Part shown: positions 21,506 through 31,113 of the stretch, piece by piece
Layout: every line of letters starts with the position of its first letter
How positions within the stretch are numbered: the first letter of the stretch is position 1
Source of the DNA: Syntrophales bacterium
Lineage (GTDB): Bacteria > Desulfobacterota > Syntrophia > Syntrophales > UBA2210
NCBI GenBank assembly: GCA_963662405.2
Contig: CAXXKT010000001.1
Coordinates: 1,888,001-1,952,000 of the forward strand
Direction: 5' to 3'
DNA length: 64,000 nucleotides
The notes under the pieces: model-generated
Database searches by the model: none
What the model saw: the letters and a program-made list of their open reading frames with translations, nothing else
Told to the model about the DNA's origin: nothing
Made by a program: the position numbers and the translations under genes

Positions 21506-23797
21506 ATGACCTTTGTCAAACGATTCTTTTTGATCTTCCGAAAAAGAGGCTTCTATGGTAGGAGATACATCCGTTGCCTTTGCATGCCGATAATTCTACC
21601 GGGGGAGTGTCTCTTGAAAACAAGGTGGATACTGTTTTTTATCTCGCTATCTTTGTTTCTGCATGGCGGTGTTTCCTTTGCCTCTGTCCCGGATAGACCC
21701 AACCGGGTGGATATCGAGGCGGAGCGTCTGTTGTATGACAGCAATGCTCAAACATACCAGGCGAGCGGCAACGTCGTCATTTCCTTCAAAGGCGGGTTTC
21801 TCAAAGCCGATCGGGTGAAATGGGACCGGCTCAACGATGAAGCAACCGCCGAAGGGCATGTACTCATTAAAAGCGGAGAGGATCTTCTTGAAGGGGAGAA
21901 GGCTCGATTCCATATCGGAAGTGAAACGGGGAGTATTTCGAAGGGGCGGATTTTTTTGGACAGGAATCATCTCTACCTGAAAGGAGATACCATAGAGAAA
22001 AGGGGAGAAGCGACCTATTTTCTGAAGGGAGGAGAGGCAACGACCTGTGACGGTGAGAATCCCGACTGGAAACTCACCGGAGAAGAGGTGGCGGTTACCC
22101 TTGACGGCTATGGGACCCTTAAGCAGGGGACATTCCAGGTCAAAGGCTTCCCCGTGCTCTATCTGCCCTACCTGCTATTCCCCGCCAAGACGACCCGACA
22201 GACGGGGCTGCTTTTCCCCCAGATTTCCTATTCGGAACAAAAACTGGGATGGGACATCGGGATCCCCTTTTACTGGGCTATCTCGGAAAACGCCGATGCG
22301 ACCTTTTACCAACGCTACATGGACAAACGGGGATTCCAGGAGGGGGTCGAGTTTCGCTACCTCATTGGTGAAAATACGCACGGCACCCTGTATGGTGATT
22401 ATCTCAATGACACGATGGAGGTGTCCGAGGCCGAAGGTGATCCCCTCCTACGCAGAAACTGGGAAGATAACAACAAGCGGTGGTCTTATTATCTGGATCA
22501 CGAGACGACATTCAGCCCCGGGTTTTACCTGAAGACCGATATCAGGCGGGTGTCGGACCGGTGGTACTTCAGGGATTTCGATTCGTACAACTATTATATG
22601 GCGCATTACAGCGGGAATGACACCCGCCCCTTCAGCGGGGTCTCATTCGATGCCGATAAGTCCCTGACGTCTCTGACCTCGTCAGCACGCCTCGTCAAAG
22701 AGTGGGACCTGTTTAACGCGAGCGCCCTTGTGGAATATACGGATAATTTCCGGAGCTACTCCAATGATGAAACGCTCCAGAAGTATCCGGAGATCACCTT
22801 TACCGGACTCAGGCAGCCCCTCTTCAAATCCCCCTTCGATTTTGAATTGACGTCATCATATGGTCATTATTACCGAACCACGGGATACCGGGGGGACGTG
22901 CTCGACATCTATCCAATTTTTTCGTGGCCGCTGAATTTTTCCGACTGCCTTGAATTGACTCCATCGTTGGGGGTGCGGCAAACGACCTGGGATAGTTCGA
23001 ATACCGATCCCACGACAGGAAGCAAAGACAAAGACGGCAGCCGCGGACTGTATACCGTGGGAGCGACCCTTTCCACCGAGGCATATCGGATATTTGATGT
23101 GGGGGGGGAGGTTGTGGAGAAGATACAGCACGGTATCAGACCGGAGATTGAGTATTCCTACATCCCATATGTTTATCAGGATGACAGACCGGACTTCCTC
23201 GACGAGGTGGCGGAGGCGAACCGGGTGACCTACTCGATTATCAACACGCTGATCGCCCGGCTGAAGAATGAAGAGGGTGGCGTTTTCTACCGGGAATTTT
23301 TTCTGCTGAAGGTAAGCCAGGATTATGACATCAAGGAGGCACGAAGAGATGTCGTCAGATCCTCTGAGCCCCGGAGACCGTTCGGCAGCATCAACTCCGA
23401 ATTGACATTTACCCCTTTCCGCTATCTCTCGCTTGATGCCGATGCACGGTTCAACGTCAATGGAGGCGAATGGGAACAGATCAATTCCACGGTGTATGTT
23501 AGTAACCCGCGCGGTGATTCGATGACCGCCGAGTATCGCTATACGCAGGATTCCGTGGAGGAGATCAACCTCTCTCTCCGGGCGAAGGCGACGGAGGTCT
23601 TGGATCTTAGATACGTCTTGAGAAAAAACAAGCTCGACGATAAAACCCTTGAAACGACCTATGCGATGGATTATCATCGACAATGCTGGAGCGTGGAGGT
23701 AAGCTATACTGATTCCCCCGATGACCGAAGTGTGATGCTGGTCTTTTACCTCTACGGCCTCGGGAAGGTGGGCAGAGTTTCGGGTGAGATGCCTTGA
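21506..23797 (+). CDS. lptD: LPS-assembly protein LptD (start likely TTG ~21615)
   Basis: OstA-like N-domain, TTCDGENPDW, PFYWAI, C-terminal barrel QCWSV. Confidence 0.88.
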   Translation: MTFVKRFFLIFRKRGFYGRRYIRCLCMPIILPGECLLKTRWILFFISLSLFLHGGVSFASVPDRPNRVDIEAERLLYDSNAQTYQASGNVVISFKGGFLKADRVKWDRLNDEATAEGHVLIKSGEDLLEGEKARFHIGSETGSISKGRIFLDRNHLYLKGDTIEKRGEATYFLKGGEATTCDGENPDWKLTGEEVAVTLDGYGTLKQGTFQVKGFPVLYLPYLLFPAKTTRQTGLLFPQISYSEQKLGWDIGIPFYWAISENADATFYQRYMDKRGFQEGVEFRYLIGENTHGTLYGDYLNDTMEVSEAEGDPLLRRNWEDNNKRWSYYLDHETTFSPGFYLKTDIRRVSDRWYFRDFDSYNYYMAHYSGNDTRPFSGVSFDADKSLTSLTSSARLVKEWDLFNASALVEYTDNFRSYSNDETLQKYPEITFTGLRQPLFKSPFDFELTSSYGHYYRTTGYRGDVLDIYPIFSWPLNFSDCLELTPSLGVRQTTWDSSNTDPTTGSKDKDGSRGLYTVGATLSTEAYRIFDVGGEVVEKIQHGIRPEIEYSYIPYVYQDDRPDFLDEVAEANRVTYSIINTLIARLKNEEGGVFYREFFLLKVSQDYDIKEARRDVVRSSEPRRPFGSINSELTFTPFRYLSLDADARFNVNGGEWEQINSTVYVSNPRGDSMTAEYRYTQDSVEEINLSLRAKATEVLDLRYVLRKNKLDDKTLETTYAMDYHRQCWSVEVSYTDSPDDRSVMLVFYLYGLGKVGRVSGEMP

Positions 23798-23828
23798 TGA
23801 ATGCCGGGAAACTTTTTTTGATTTTTCC

Positions 23829-23857
23829 TTGACAAATCTTTCGGAATTACATATTCT
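23829..23857 (+). promoter_or_regulatory. Sigma70 promoter of rplM-rpsI
   Basis: TTGACA-17 bp-TATTCT. Confidence 0.7.
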
Positions 23858-23893
23858 CGCGCTCTTTGAGTTTCTGAATACAGGTGGTTGTTT

Positions 23894-24322
23894 ATGAAGA
23901 CATATAGTGCCAAGAAGGAAGATGTCGCGAGGGGGTGGTATCTGGTCGACGCGGACGGTAAGGTGTTAGGACGGCTCGCCGTTGAGATCGCGCGGCGTCT
24001 CAGAGGAAAGCACAAACCCGTTTATACACCCCATGTAGATACGGGGGATTTCATCGTTGTGGTCAATGCGGAGAAAATTTCCCTGACGGGCAAGAAACTG
24101 ACCGATAAGGTTTACCACCATCATACCGGTTATCCCGGCGGATTAAAGTCGGCGACAGCAGCTAAGGTGCTGGCAGAAAAGCCGGAGGAGCTGCTCCGCA
24201 CCGCCGTCAAGGGGATGCTTCCCAAAAACAGTCTAGGGAGACAGATGCTGAAAAAACTGAAGATATACAAGGGTGACAAGCACCCGCATAAGGCCCAGAT
24301 GGCCAGTATACCGGAAGTGTAG
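23894..24322 (+). CDS. rplM: 50S ribosomal protein L13
   Basis: [33 protein letters not shown]. Confidence 0.98.
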   Translation: MKTYSAKKEDVARGWYLVDADGKVLGRLAVEIARRLRGKHKPVYTPHVDTGDFIVVVNAEKISLTGKKLTDKVYHHHTGYPGGLKSATAAKVLAEKPEELLRTAVKGMLPKNSLGRQMLKKLKIYKGDKHPHKAQMASIPEV

Positions 24323-24339
24323 GCGAGGAGAGGGACAAT

Positions 24340-24732
24340 ATGTCAGTGAAGAATTATTATGCGACGGGGAAGAGAAAGACATCCATTGCGCGGGTGTGGC
24401 TGAAAGAGGGAAGTGGTGTGTTTGTCGTCAACAAGAGAAGCTTTGACGAGTATTTCCCCCTTGATATACTAAAGAGAATGATCACGCAGCCTCTCGACCT
24501 GACCGATAAGAAAGATAAGTTTGACCTCTACATTAACGTGCGTGGAGGAGGAATCGCCGGTCAGGCCGGTGCCATCAGGCACGGAATATCCAAGGCCCTT
24601 GTGGGGTATGATGAGGAGCTGAAAGCCGTCCTGAGAAAGGCCGGGTTCCTGACGAGAGATGCCCGGGTGAAAGAGCGTAAGAAATACGGTCAGCCCGGTG
24701 CCCGGAAGAGATTCCAGTATTCTAAGAGATAA
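24340..24732 (+). CDS. rpsI: 30S ribosomal protein S9
   Basis: [28 protein letters not shown]...[10 protein letters not shown]. Confidence 0.98.
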   Translation: MSVKNYYATGKRKTSIARVWLKEGSGVFVVNKRSFDEYFPLDILKRMITQPLDLTDKKDKFDLYINVRGGGIAGQAGAIRHGISKALVGYDEELKAVLRKAGFLTRDARVKERKKYGQPGARKRFQYSKR

Positions 24733-24748
24733 AAGCAGCAAGACACGG

Positions 24749-24774
24749 AGGGGGCCGATGCGGCCCCCTTTTTT
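24749..24774 (+). terminator. Rho-independent terminator after rpsI
   Basis: GGGGGCCG-ATG-CGGCCCCC followed by a T run. Confidence 0.8.
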
Positions 24775-24790
24775 ATTGGGAGGCGGAATT

Positions 24791-25828
24791 ATGGTGAAGG
24801 TTGGGATCTATGGGGGGAGCGGTTACACCGGCCAGGAGCTTCTCCGGCTCTTGATCGGTCATCCCGACGCGGATATTGTCGCTATCACATCGAGAAAATT
24901 CAAAGGTATTCCGGTTTCAGAAGTCTACCCGGCATTTGCCGGGATGACGGACCTGCGCTTCATGGATTCGTCCCCCGATCAGCTCGGCTCCTCCTGTGAC
25001 GTGGTTTTCCTGGCGCTTCCGCATGGGAAGGCAATGGCGGTGGCTCCCACCTTTGTCCGGGCGGGGATGAAGGTGATTGATCTCAGCGCCGATTTCCGTC
25101 TGAAAGATCGTTCGGTATACGAAACATGGTACGGAAAACACACCGCCTCGGACCTGCTGGGAGGGGCCGTTTACGGTCTCCCCGAACTGTACCGGGATGG
25201 AGTCAAGGGTGCAACCCTTGTCGCCAACCCCGGCTGCTATCCCACCAGCATTATCTTGGGGATTGCCCCCCTGCTGAAGAGGGGGTGCATCGATCCCGCA
25301 ACGGTCATCGCCGATTCGAAGTCGGGCGTGAGCGGTGCCGGACGTGAGTTACAGCTCGGCTCACTCTTCTGTGAGGTGAATGAGGGTTTTAAGGCGTACA
25401 AGGTCGGGTCGCATCGCCACACCCCGGAGATAGAGCAGGAGTTGTCTCTGCTTGCGAACCGGGACTTGACGGTTTCCTTTACCCCTCACCTGCTGCCCGT
25501 TACCCGGGGGATACTGAGCACGATCTATGCGACCCTTAGCGCGCAAGTGTCCGTGGACGAAATCCTTGAGTTCTACCAAACATTCTATGCGGGTGAGCGG
25601 TTTGTGCGGATATGCCCGGCGGGGACCCTCCCGAATACCTCCTCGGTCAGAGGTTCCAACTTCTGCGATATCGGGTGCGTTGTCGACGGGCGTACCGGGC
25701 GCGTGATCATCGCATCGGCCATCGATAACCTCGTTAAGGGGGCATCGGGACAGGCCATCCAGAACATGAATATTATGTGCGGCCTTTCGGAAGGTGCCGG
25801 TCTGGAACAGATAACCGTATTTCCCTGA
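24791..25828 (+). CDS. argC: N-acetyl-gamma-glutamyl-phosphate reductase
   Basis: [41 protein letters not shown]. Confidence 0.97.
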   Translation: MVKVGIYGGSGYTGQELLRLLIGHPDADIVAITSRKFKGIPVSEVYPAFAGMTDLRFMDSSPDQLGSSCDVVFLALPHGKAMAVAPTFVRAGMKVIDLSADFRLKDRSVYETWYGKHTASDLLGGAVYGLPELYRDGVKGATLVANPGCYPTSIILGIAPLLKRGCIDPATVIADSKSGVSGAGRELQLGSLFCEVNEGFKAYKVGSHRHTPEIEQELSLLANRDLTVSFTPHLLPVTRGILSTIYATLSAQVSVDEILEFYQTFYAGERFVRICPAGTLPNTSSVRGSNFCDIGCVVDGRTGRVIIASAIDNLVKGASGQAIQNMNIMCGLSEGAGLEQITVFP

Positions 25829-25896
25829 GAGGGAACAGCTGCGATTGAGGCGGGATGTCCGTAGGAGAGCGCCTCGATGATGAGGACACGGTAGTT

Positions 25897-27378
25897 ATGA
25901 GCTTGAAACTGTACAATACCCTGAAAAAGAAGAGAGAAGAATTCGTCCCTCTTGAGGAAGGGAAGGTGGGGATCTACGTTTGTGGCATTACCGCGTATGA
26001 TGTATGTCATATCGGTCACGCCCGATCGGCGGTGGTCTTCGATGTTATCTACCGGTACCTGAAATACAAGGGTTACGATGTTACCTACATCAAGAACTTC
26101 ACGGACGTCGACGATAAGATTATCGGAAAGGCAATCGCGGAAGGAACCGATATAGCCACGATATCGGAACGGTATATCAAAGAGCACAACGAGGATATGG
26201 ATCGTCTCGGAGTGGCCCGACCGACGGTGACCCCCAGGGCAACCGAAAACATCAAGGGGATGATCCGACTCATTGATACCCTGATGGAGCGGGGACTGGC
26301 ATACGTTGTCAACGGCGATGTTTACTATTCAGTTGAAAAATTCGCCGGTTACGGTAAACTGTCGGGGCGTGGGCTCGATGACATGATGGCCGGTGCCCGA
26401 ATCGACATCGATGAGAAAAAGAAGAATCCTTACGATTTCGTCCTCTGGAAGGCAAGCAAGGAGGGGGAGCCGTGGTGGAGCAGTCCCTGGGGAAACGGCA
26501 GGCCGGGGTGGCATATCGAGTGCTCCGTCATGAGCCAGCGCTTTCTGGGGGATACTTTCGATATCCACGGCGGGGGGGAGGACCTGATCTTCCCGCATCA
26601 TGAGAACGAGATTGCCCAGTCGGAGGGGGCTACGGGGAAGCCCTTCGCCAACTACTGGATGCACAACGGGTTCATCAAAATCGACAGCGAGAAGATGTCC
26701 AAATCCCTCGGGAACACCTTGACCATCAAACAGACCCTCGTCGCCTATCACCCCGAGGTGGTTCGCTTCTTTATCCTCCAGCGACACTACAAGAGTTACA
26801 TCGATTTCTCCGACGCAGCCATGGCGGAGGCTCGGATGGGTATGGAACGAGTCTACGCGGCATTGAAAGGGATCAAAGATGCCCGCGGCGAGGAGGCTGA
26901 CCTCTCCGATCTCTCCGAGAAGGATCTTGACAAGGAAGATGAAATCGTATTCGAAAAGGTGCGGACACTCCCCGATCGGTTCACCGAGGCAATGGACGAC
27001 GACTTCAATACCCCGATGGCATTGGGATACATATTCGACATCGTCCGTGTCATCAATAGCTATCTTCCCGCGAAGGAGTCACCGTTCACCCGGGGGATGC
27101 TTTTTACCCTCAGCGAGGCGCGGGAGCGAATCAGGGAGGCGGGGAAGGTCTTGGGTCTCTTTTTGGAAGATCCCGATGACTACTTCGCGAAGGATCAGGA
27201 GCGGGAGGTCAGAAAGGCCGGTTTGGACGAGGAAGAAATCGAGCGGTTGATCACCGAGAGGCGGCAAGCTCGTGACGCCAAAGACTGGGGGCGCGCCGAT
27301 GAAATCCGGGATCTCCTGGTCGGTAAGGGGATCATCCTCAAAGACACCCCCACCGCCACCACGTGGAAGATAGGATAG
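25897..27378 (+). CDS. cysS: Cysteinyl-tRNA synthetase
   Basis: YVCG, HIGH, GRPGWHIECS, HGGGEDLIFPHHENE, KMSKS. Confidence 0.98.
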   Translation: MSLKLYNTLKKKREEFVPLEEGKVGIYVCGITAYDVCHIGHARSAVVFDVIYRYLKYKGYDVTYIKNFTDVDDKIIGKAIAEGTDIATISERYIKEHNEDMDRLGVARPTVTPRATENIKGMIRLIDTLMERGLAYVVNGDVYYSVEKFAGYGKLSGRGLDDMMAGARIDIDEKKKNPYDFVLWKASKEGEPWWSSPWGNGRPGWHIECSVMSQRFLGDTFDIHGGGEDLIFPHHENEIAQSEGATGKPFANYWMHNGFIKIDSEKMSKSLGNTLTIKQTLVAYHPEVVRFFILQRHYKSYIDFSDAAMAEARMGMERVYAALKGIKDARGEEADLSDLSEKDLDKEDEIVFEKVRTLPDRFTEAMDDDFNTPMALGYIFDIVRVINSYLPAKESPFTRGMLFTLSEARERIREAGKVLGLFLEDPDDYFAKDQEREVRKAGLDEEEIERLITERRQARDAKDWGRADEIRDLLVGKGIILKDTPTATTWKIG

Positions 27379-27414
27379 ACAGGAAAGAACGGAAAACGGG
27401 GACGGCGGGCGAAG

Positions 27415-27888
27415 CTACTCTATGGCGATGTCCACGACCTCAAATTCTCTGACGCCCCCGGGCGTATTGACCTTGACTTCGTCCCCGAGTTTCTTTCTGA
27501 TGAGGGCTTTCCCGATGGGGCACGTAACCGATATCTGATTTCGGCTCATATCCGATTCGAAGGGGCCGACCAGTTGATACCGGGTTACCTCTCCCGTGTT
27601 GATATCCTCGATGGTAACCGTTGACCCGAAGACGGCCATCTCATTGGTCAGGTTGTTCAATTCGACGATTGTCGACTGCGCCAGGTTATTTTCAATTTCT
27701 TGAATCTTCCCCTGAATAAAGGATTGTTTCTCCTTGGCTGCGGCGTATTCGGCGTTTTCCGAGATGTCACCATGAGCTCTGGCTTCTTCGATATCGCGTA
27801 TGTTTGCAGGGACTTCGGCTCGTTTGAGGTGATCCAACTCTTCCTTCAACCTGTCAAATCCGGCGCGTGTGATGGGAAATTTATTCAT
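27415..27888 (-). CDS. greA: Transcription elongation factor GreA
   Basis: ARAHGDISENAEY, FGSTV, PIGKAL. Confidence 0.95.
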   Translation of the reverse strand: MNKFPITRAGFDRLKEELDHLKRAEVPANIRDIEEARAHGDISENAEYAAAKEKQSFIQGKIQEIENNLAQSTIVELNNLTNEMAVFGSTVTIEDINTGEVTRYQLVGPFESDMSRNQISVTCPIGKALIRKKLGDEVKVNTPGGVREFEVVDIAIE

Positions 27889-28104
27889 GTCTCTCTTTTC
27901 CGGGCTTTCGACCGCCAGGCCCTCTCGTAAAAATAACAATGCACAGAGTCGGCATTGCTCGACCCCATGCATCGCCTATTCCTATATATCATATCTTCGG
28001 CTTTTTCAACTGATAATATGACCCGTGTTCAGCGTTTTTGTCGATTGCTATTTCGGCTTCTCCGTATTACACTTTTGTCTATAAAACTCAGGGTGGTGAG
28101 AGCC

Positions 28105-28842
28105 ATGGGGGAGAACAAGAAGGTTCGGTATCCCATTCCTATCCGCGAGTGGTTGGAAGATGACCGTCCCCGCGAGAAACTGCTCAGGCACGGTGAACAT
28201 ACCCTCAGCAATGCGGAACTCCTCGCTATCCTGATCAGGACCGGAACACCCGGAAAGAGCGCCGTCGATATCGGGCGGGTGCTCCTTTACCGTTTCAAGA
28301 CCCTGCGTGCCATGGCCGGTGCCGATATCTCGGAATTTAAAAAGATTCCGGGTCTCAAAGACGCAAAGATCGCACAGATCAAGGCAGCCGTTGAGTTGGG
28401 TAAACGGATGCTCAGTGAAAAAAAGGAGCCCTCGGCCCCGATCCGACATTCCTCCAACGTGGCCGATCTGCTGATGCCCCTGATGCGGGACCTTTCGAAA
28501 GAACGTTTCATTCTGCTCCTCCTCGACGGGAGGAATGCCGTGACGGACATCATCGATATTGACTACGGAACCGTCGACAGGGCCAATCCGTATATCCGCG
28601 ACATTATCCAGGCGGCTATTCGAAATAACGCGCCGTCGGTCATCGTCGCCCATAACCATCCTTCGGGAGCCACGGCCCCCAGCGAAAACGACAAGGCCTT
28701 CACCCGGAGCCTGATGGTCGCAGCGAAGGCCACGGGGATCAACTTTTTCGACCACATCATCATCGGCAATGACGGCTACTTCAGTTTTGCTGATAAGGGG
28801 TTCATCGGGGAATACGAAACGCGCGCGATCAGAGAACTCTAG
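28105..28842 (+). CDS. radC: RadC/JAB-domain protein
   Basis: DRPREKLL, LSNAELLAIL, AHNHPSG...PSEND, DHIII. Confidence 0.93.
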   Translation: MGENKKVRYPIPIREWLEDDRPREKLLRHGEHTLSNAELLAILIRTGTPGKSAVDIGRVLLYRFKTLRAMAGADISEFKKIPGLKDAKIAQIKAAVELGKRMLSEKKEPSAPIRHSSNVADLLMPLMRDLSKERFILLLLDGRNAVTDIIDIDYGTVDRANPYIRDIIQAAIRNNAPSVIVAHNHPSGATAPSENDKAFTRSLMVAAKATGINFFDHIIIGNDGYFSFADKGFIGEYETRAIREL

Positions 28843-28870
28843 CTCCCCGAAAAGTAACCGGTAATAGTAC

Positions 28871-29020
28871 TTGACAGGATATTGTAGGAAAGGTAGGAGA
28901 GATAGCCTTACGCTACAATATATCAGGACAGGTATATAAAGTCGACTCTAATCAAAAGGAGAGTGATGATCTGAACGTCGAAAGCCCCGTTTCTCACCAT
29001 GAGCGCCGGGGGTTTTTTTT
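28871..29020 (+). promoter_or_regulatory. Promoter + SD/mini-ORF + terminator leader, copy A
   Basis: TTGACA at 28871; AAGGAG-AGTG-ATG ATC TGA; AAGCCCCG...CGGGGGTTTTTTTT hairpin; similar to 50826 and 59454. Confidence 0.55.
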
Positions 29021-29160
29021 GCCTGTGGATCTCTCCGAGAGGGGGGCATGTGTACTCATGAACGTCCGGGCAGCCCGAGCGGTTCATGAGCCGCAACGAT
29101 GGCGAGGTATGGTAACCCCTCTGTATTCTTAAAGAAAGAACAACCCTGCACGAATTTTGA

Positions 29161-30354
29161 GTGTATCGAATTATGACTGCCCTGTCTGATGAATACCGAA
29201 TGGTGTGGTGGCGTGCCGAGTTTGCAAATCGGAACACGGAACTGACCTACCAAAAACACATGCAGGAGATGATCAACCGGCAGCTGCGGGTTGTTCTTCT
29301 CTTCTGGGGAGGGTTCTTGCTTTCGTTTGCCTACCCTGATTATCTGGCGCTAGGCCTGACCCGTTCATTTTACCATCTCCTGGCCTATCGGTTCGTCATC
29401 GCCCTGGCGATTGTGGGTGTAGTATTCACCATCAGACCCGAGACGAACTCCATAACGATCAGCTCTATCGTCACCATCATTGTTATCGTCGGGTTCTCCG
29501 GCTTTATGATGTTCTTCTATTATCGCCCGGATGCTGTCGTCTGGGTCGTCGGCGTCATCATGATCCAGATCATCGGGCTCCTGATGTTTGTCCCCATCAG
29601 GTTCAGCATGGCCTGTGTCGGAGCCCTTTACGCTGTTGTGATCACCATGATAACCCGCTGGATGATGGGGTCGCCGAAAGCCACTCTTATAGGCCTGTTT
29701 TTTCTGCTCATGCTGCCGCTTGTCCTGGGGGCAGCGACGGCAATGCGGTTGAACCTCCTCCAGCGCAGACAATTCGTCCTCTTGCTGCAAGAGGAAAAAG
29801 CCAATCAGGAACTGGAACTGGAGATCGACCGCCGCCACAGGCTGGAACTGCAACTCAGGGAAATGGCTGCCACGGACCCCCTGACCGGGCTTTTCAATCG
29901 CCGCGAGTATGAAATGCTCCTTATACATGAAATCGAACGGGCCAAACGTACAGGGTCTCCCCTATCAGTCGGTATTTTCGACCTCGACTATTTCAAGAAG
30001 GTGAACGACACCTATGGCCACGGTGCGGGTGATGAGGTGTTGCGCCGAACAGCACAGCTGGTACGGGAGAACCTCCGACAGATTGATATCGTGGGCCGTC
30101 TCGGGGGGGAAGAGTTCATCCTGTTATTACCCGAGACCACCTCTGATAAGGCCGCCGTGATCGGTCGCCGGGTCTTGGAGGTACTCGTATCTACTGATAT
30201 GGGTGTCGGCACCGCTATCGTGCGAGTCACCGCCACGATCGGCATCACCCAACTGCTTCCGACTGATCAGGATTTTAACGCCGTGATCCAACGGGCCGAC
30301 GCCGCCATGTATATGGGAAAAGAGGCCGGACGAAACTGCGTTAAAGTAATTTGA
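29161..30354 (+). CDS. Membrane-bound diguanylate cyclase
   Basis: About 6 TM segments; DPLTGLFNRR, RQID I-site, GGEEF. Confidence 0.93.
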   Translation: MYRIMTALSDEYRMVWWRAEFANRNTELTYQKHMQEMINRQLRVVLLFWGGFLLSFAYPDYLALGLTRSFYHLLAYRFVIALAIVGVVFTIRPETNSITISSIVTIIVIVGFSGFMMFFYYRPDAVVWVVGVIMIQIIGLLMFVPIRFSMACVGALYAVVITMITRWMMGSPKATLIGLFFLLMLPLVLGAATAMRLNLLQRRQFVLLLQEEKANQELELEIDRRHRLELQLREMAATDPLTGLFNRREYEMLLIHEIERAKRTGSPLSVGIFDLDYFKKVNDTYGHGAGDEVLRRTAQLVRENLRQIDIVGRLGGEEFILLLPETTSDKAAVIGRRVLEVLVSTDMGVGTAIVRVTATIGITQLLPTDQDFNAVIQRADAAMYMGKEAGRNCVKVI

Positions 30355-30479
30355 CGTAAATCAGCAGTCTCCCCCCCAAATATCCTCTGCATGGTCGTCT
30401 GTATCGGCTATGGGTGGCTGCGGTTATCCCCCCCCCCCCCCGCGGAGAATCTTTGAAACAACCGTCGCTGTTTCGCCTC

Positions 30480-30944
30480 TTACCCATTTCTCAAGAGGGC
30501 CTCCAGGACCGCCGCCGTGACCCGATAAATATGGGGGTCCCTGCTCTCACGGGGACCGGCGACGTTCAGGATCCGTATCTTATCGGCTTCAATCCATTGT
30601 TGTAGGGTATTCGCCGCTTTTACGATCGATAGCCTCTCCATGTCGAGATGGATATAAGGGAGCTCATGCCTCTTGGCATATATCTCCGTCAGTGCCGATC
30701 CTCCATCGAGGGGGCCGTGGGAGATGATCACGGTTCCGTCCGATTCGATCACGTTCTGTTCCGTCCGCGCCGCGTAGTCGGGGGTGGGCATCTCGCCTAC
30801 CCGGTATCTGCCGGGGAGAATCCCGTCTTCGGCCCTCCGTCCTCTGGGTACCCAGCCACCGTGGGGAATGCCGAGCCTGATCGCGACGTCGAGGGCGGCC
30901 CGGTCGGCGCCGGTCTGTCCTCCTGATATGATTGTCTTAATCAT
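30480..30944 (-). CDS. Putative molybdenum-carrier/YpsA-like SLOG protein
   Basis: IISGGQTGADRAALD, RTEQNV, LNVAGPRES. Confidence 0.85.
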   Translation of the reverse strand: MIKTIISGGQTGADRAALDVAIRLGIPHGGWVPRGRRAEDGILPGRYRVGEMPTPDYAARTEQNVIESDGTVIISHGPLDGGSALTEIYAKRHELPYIHLDMERLSIVKAANTLQQWIEADKIRILNVAGPRESRDPHIYRVTAAVLEALLRNG

Positions 30945-31113
30945 CTCATGGACCGTGAATATCTGAGATCCGGAAGACCTTCCCCGTGGCTTACATTGAA
31001 GATGACACAATGCAAAACCATTCCGTGCAGGCAGAAGACCTCCCGGTCCGGAACAGTCGCGTTTCCGATCGAGTCGTTTCCCTCATGAAAGTCACGTGGC
31101 CCTCCAGAGGAAA

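Noticed and set aside
30428..30441. 14-C homopolymer as a phase-variation tract
   Set aside because: Intergenic between convergent genes; no ORF or promoter affected
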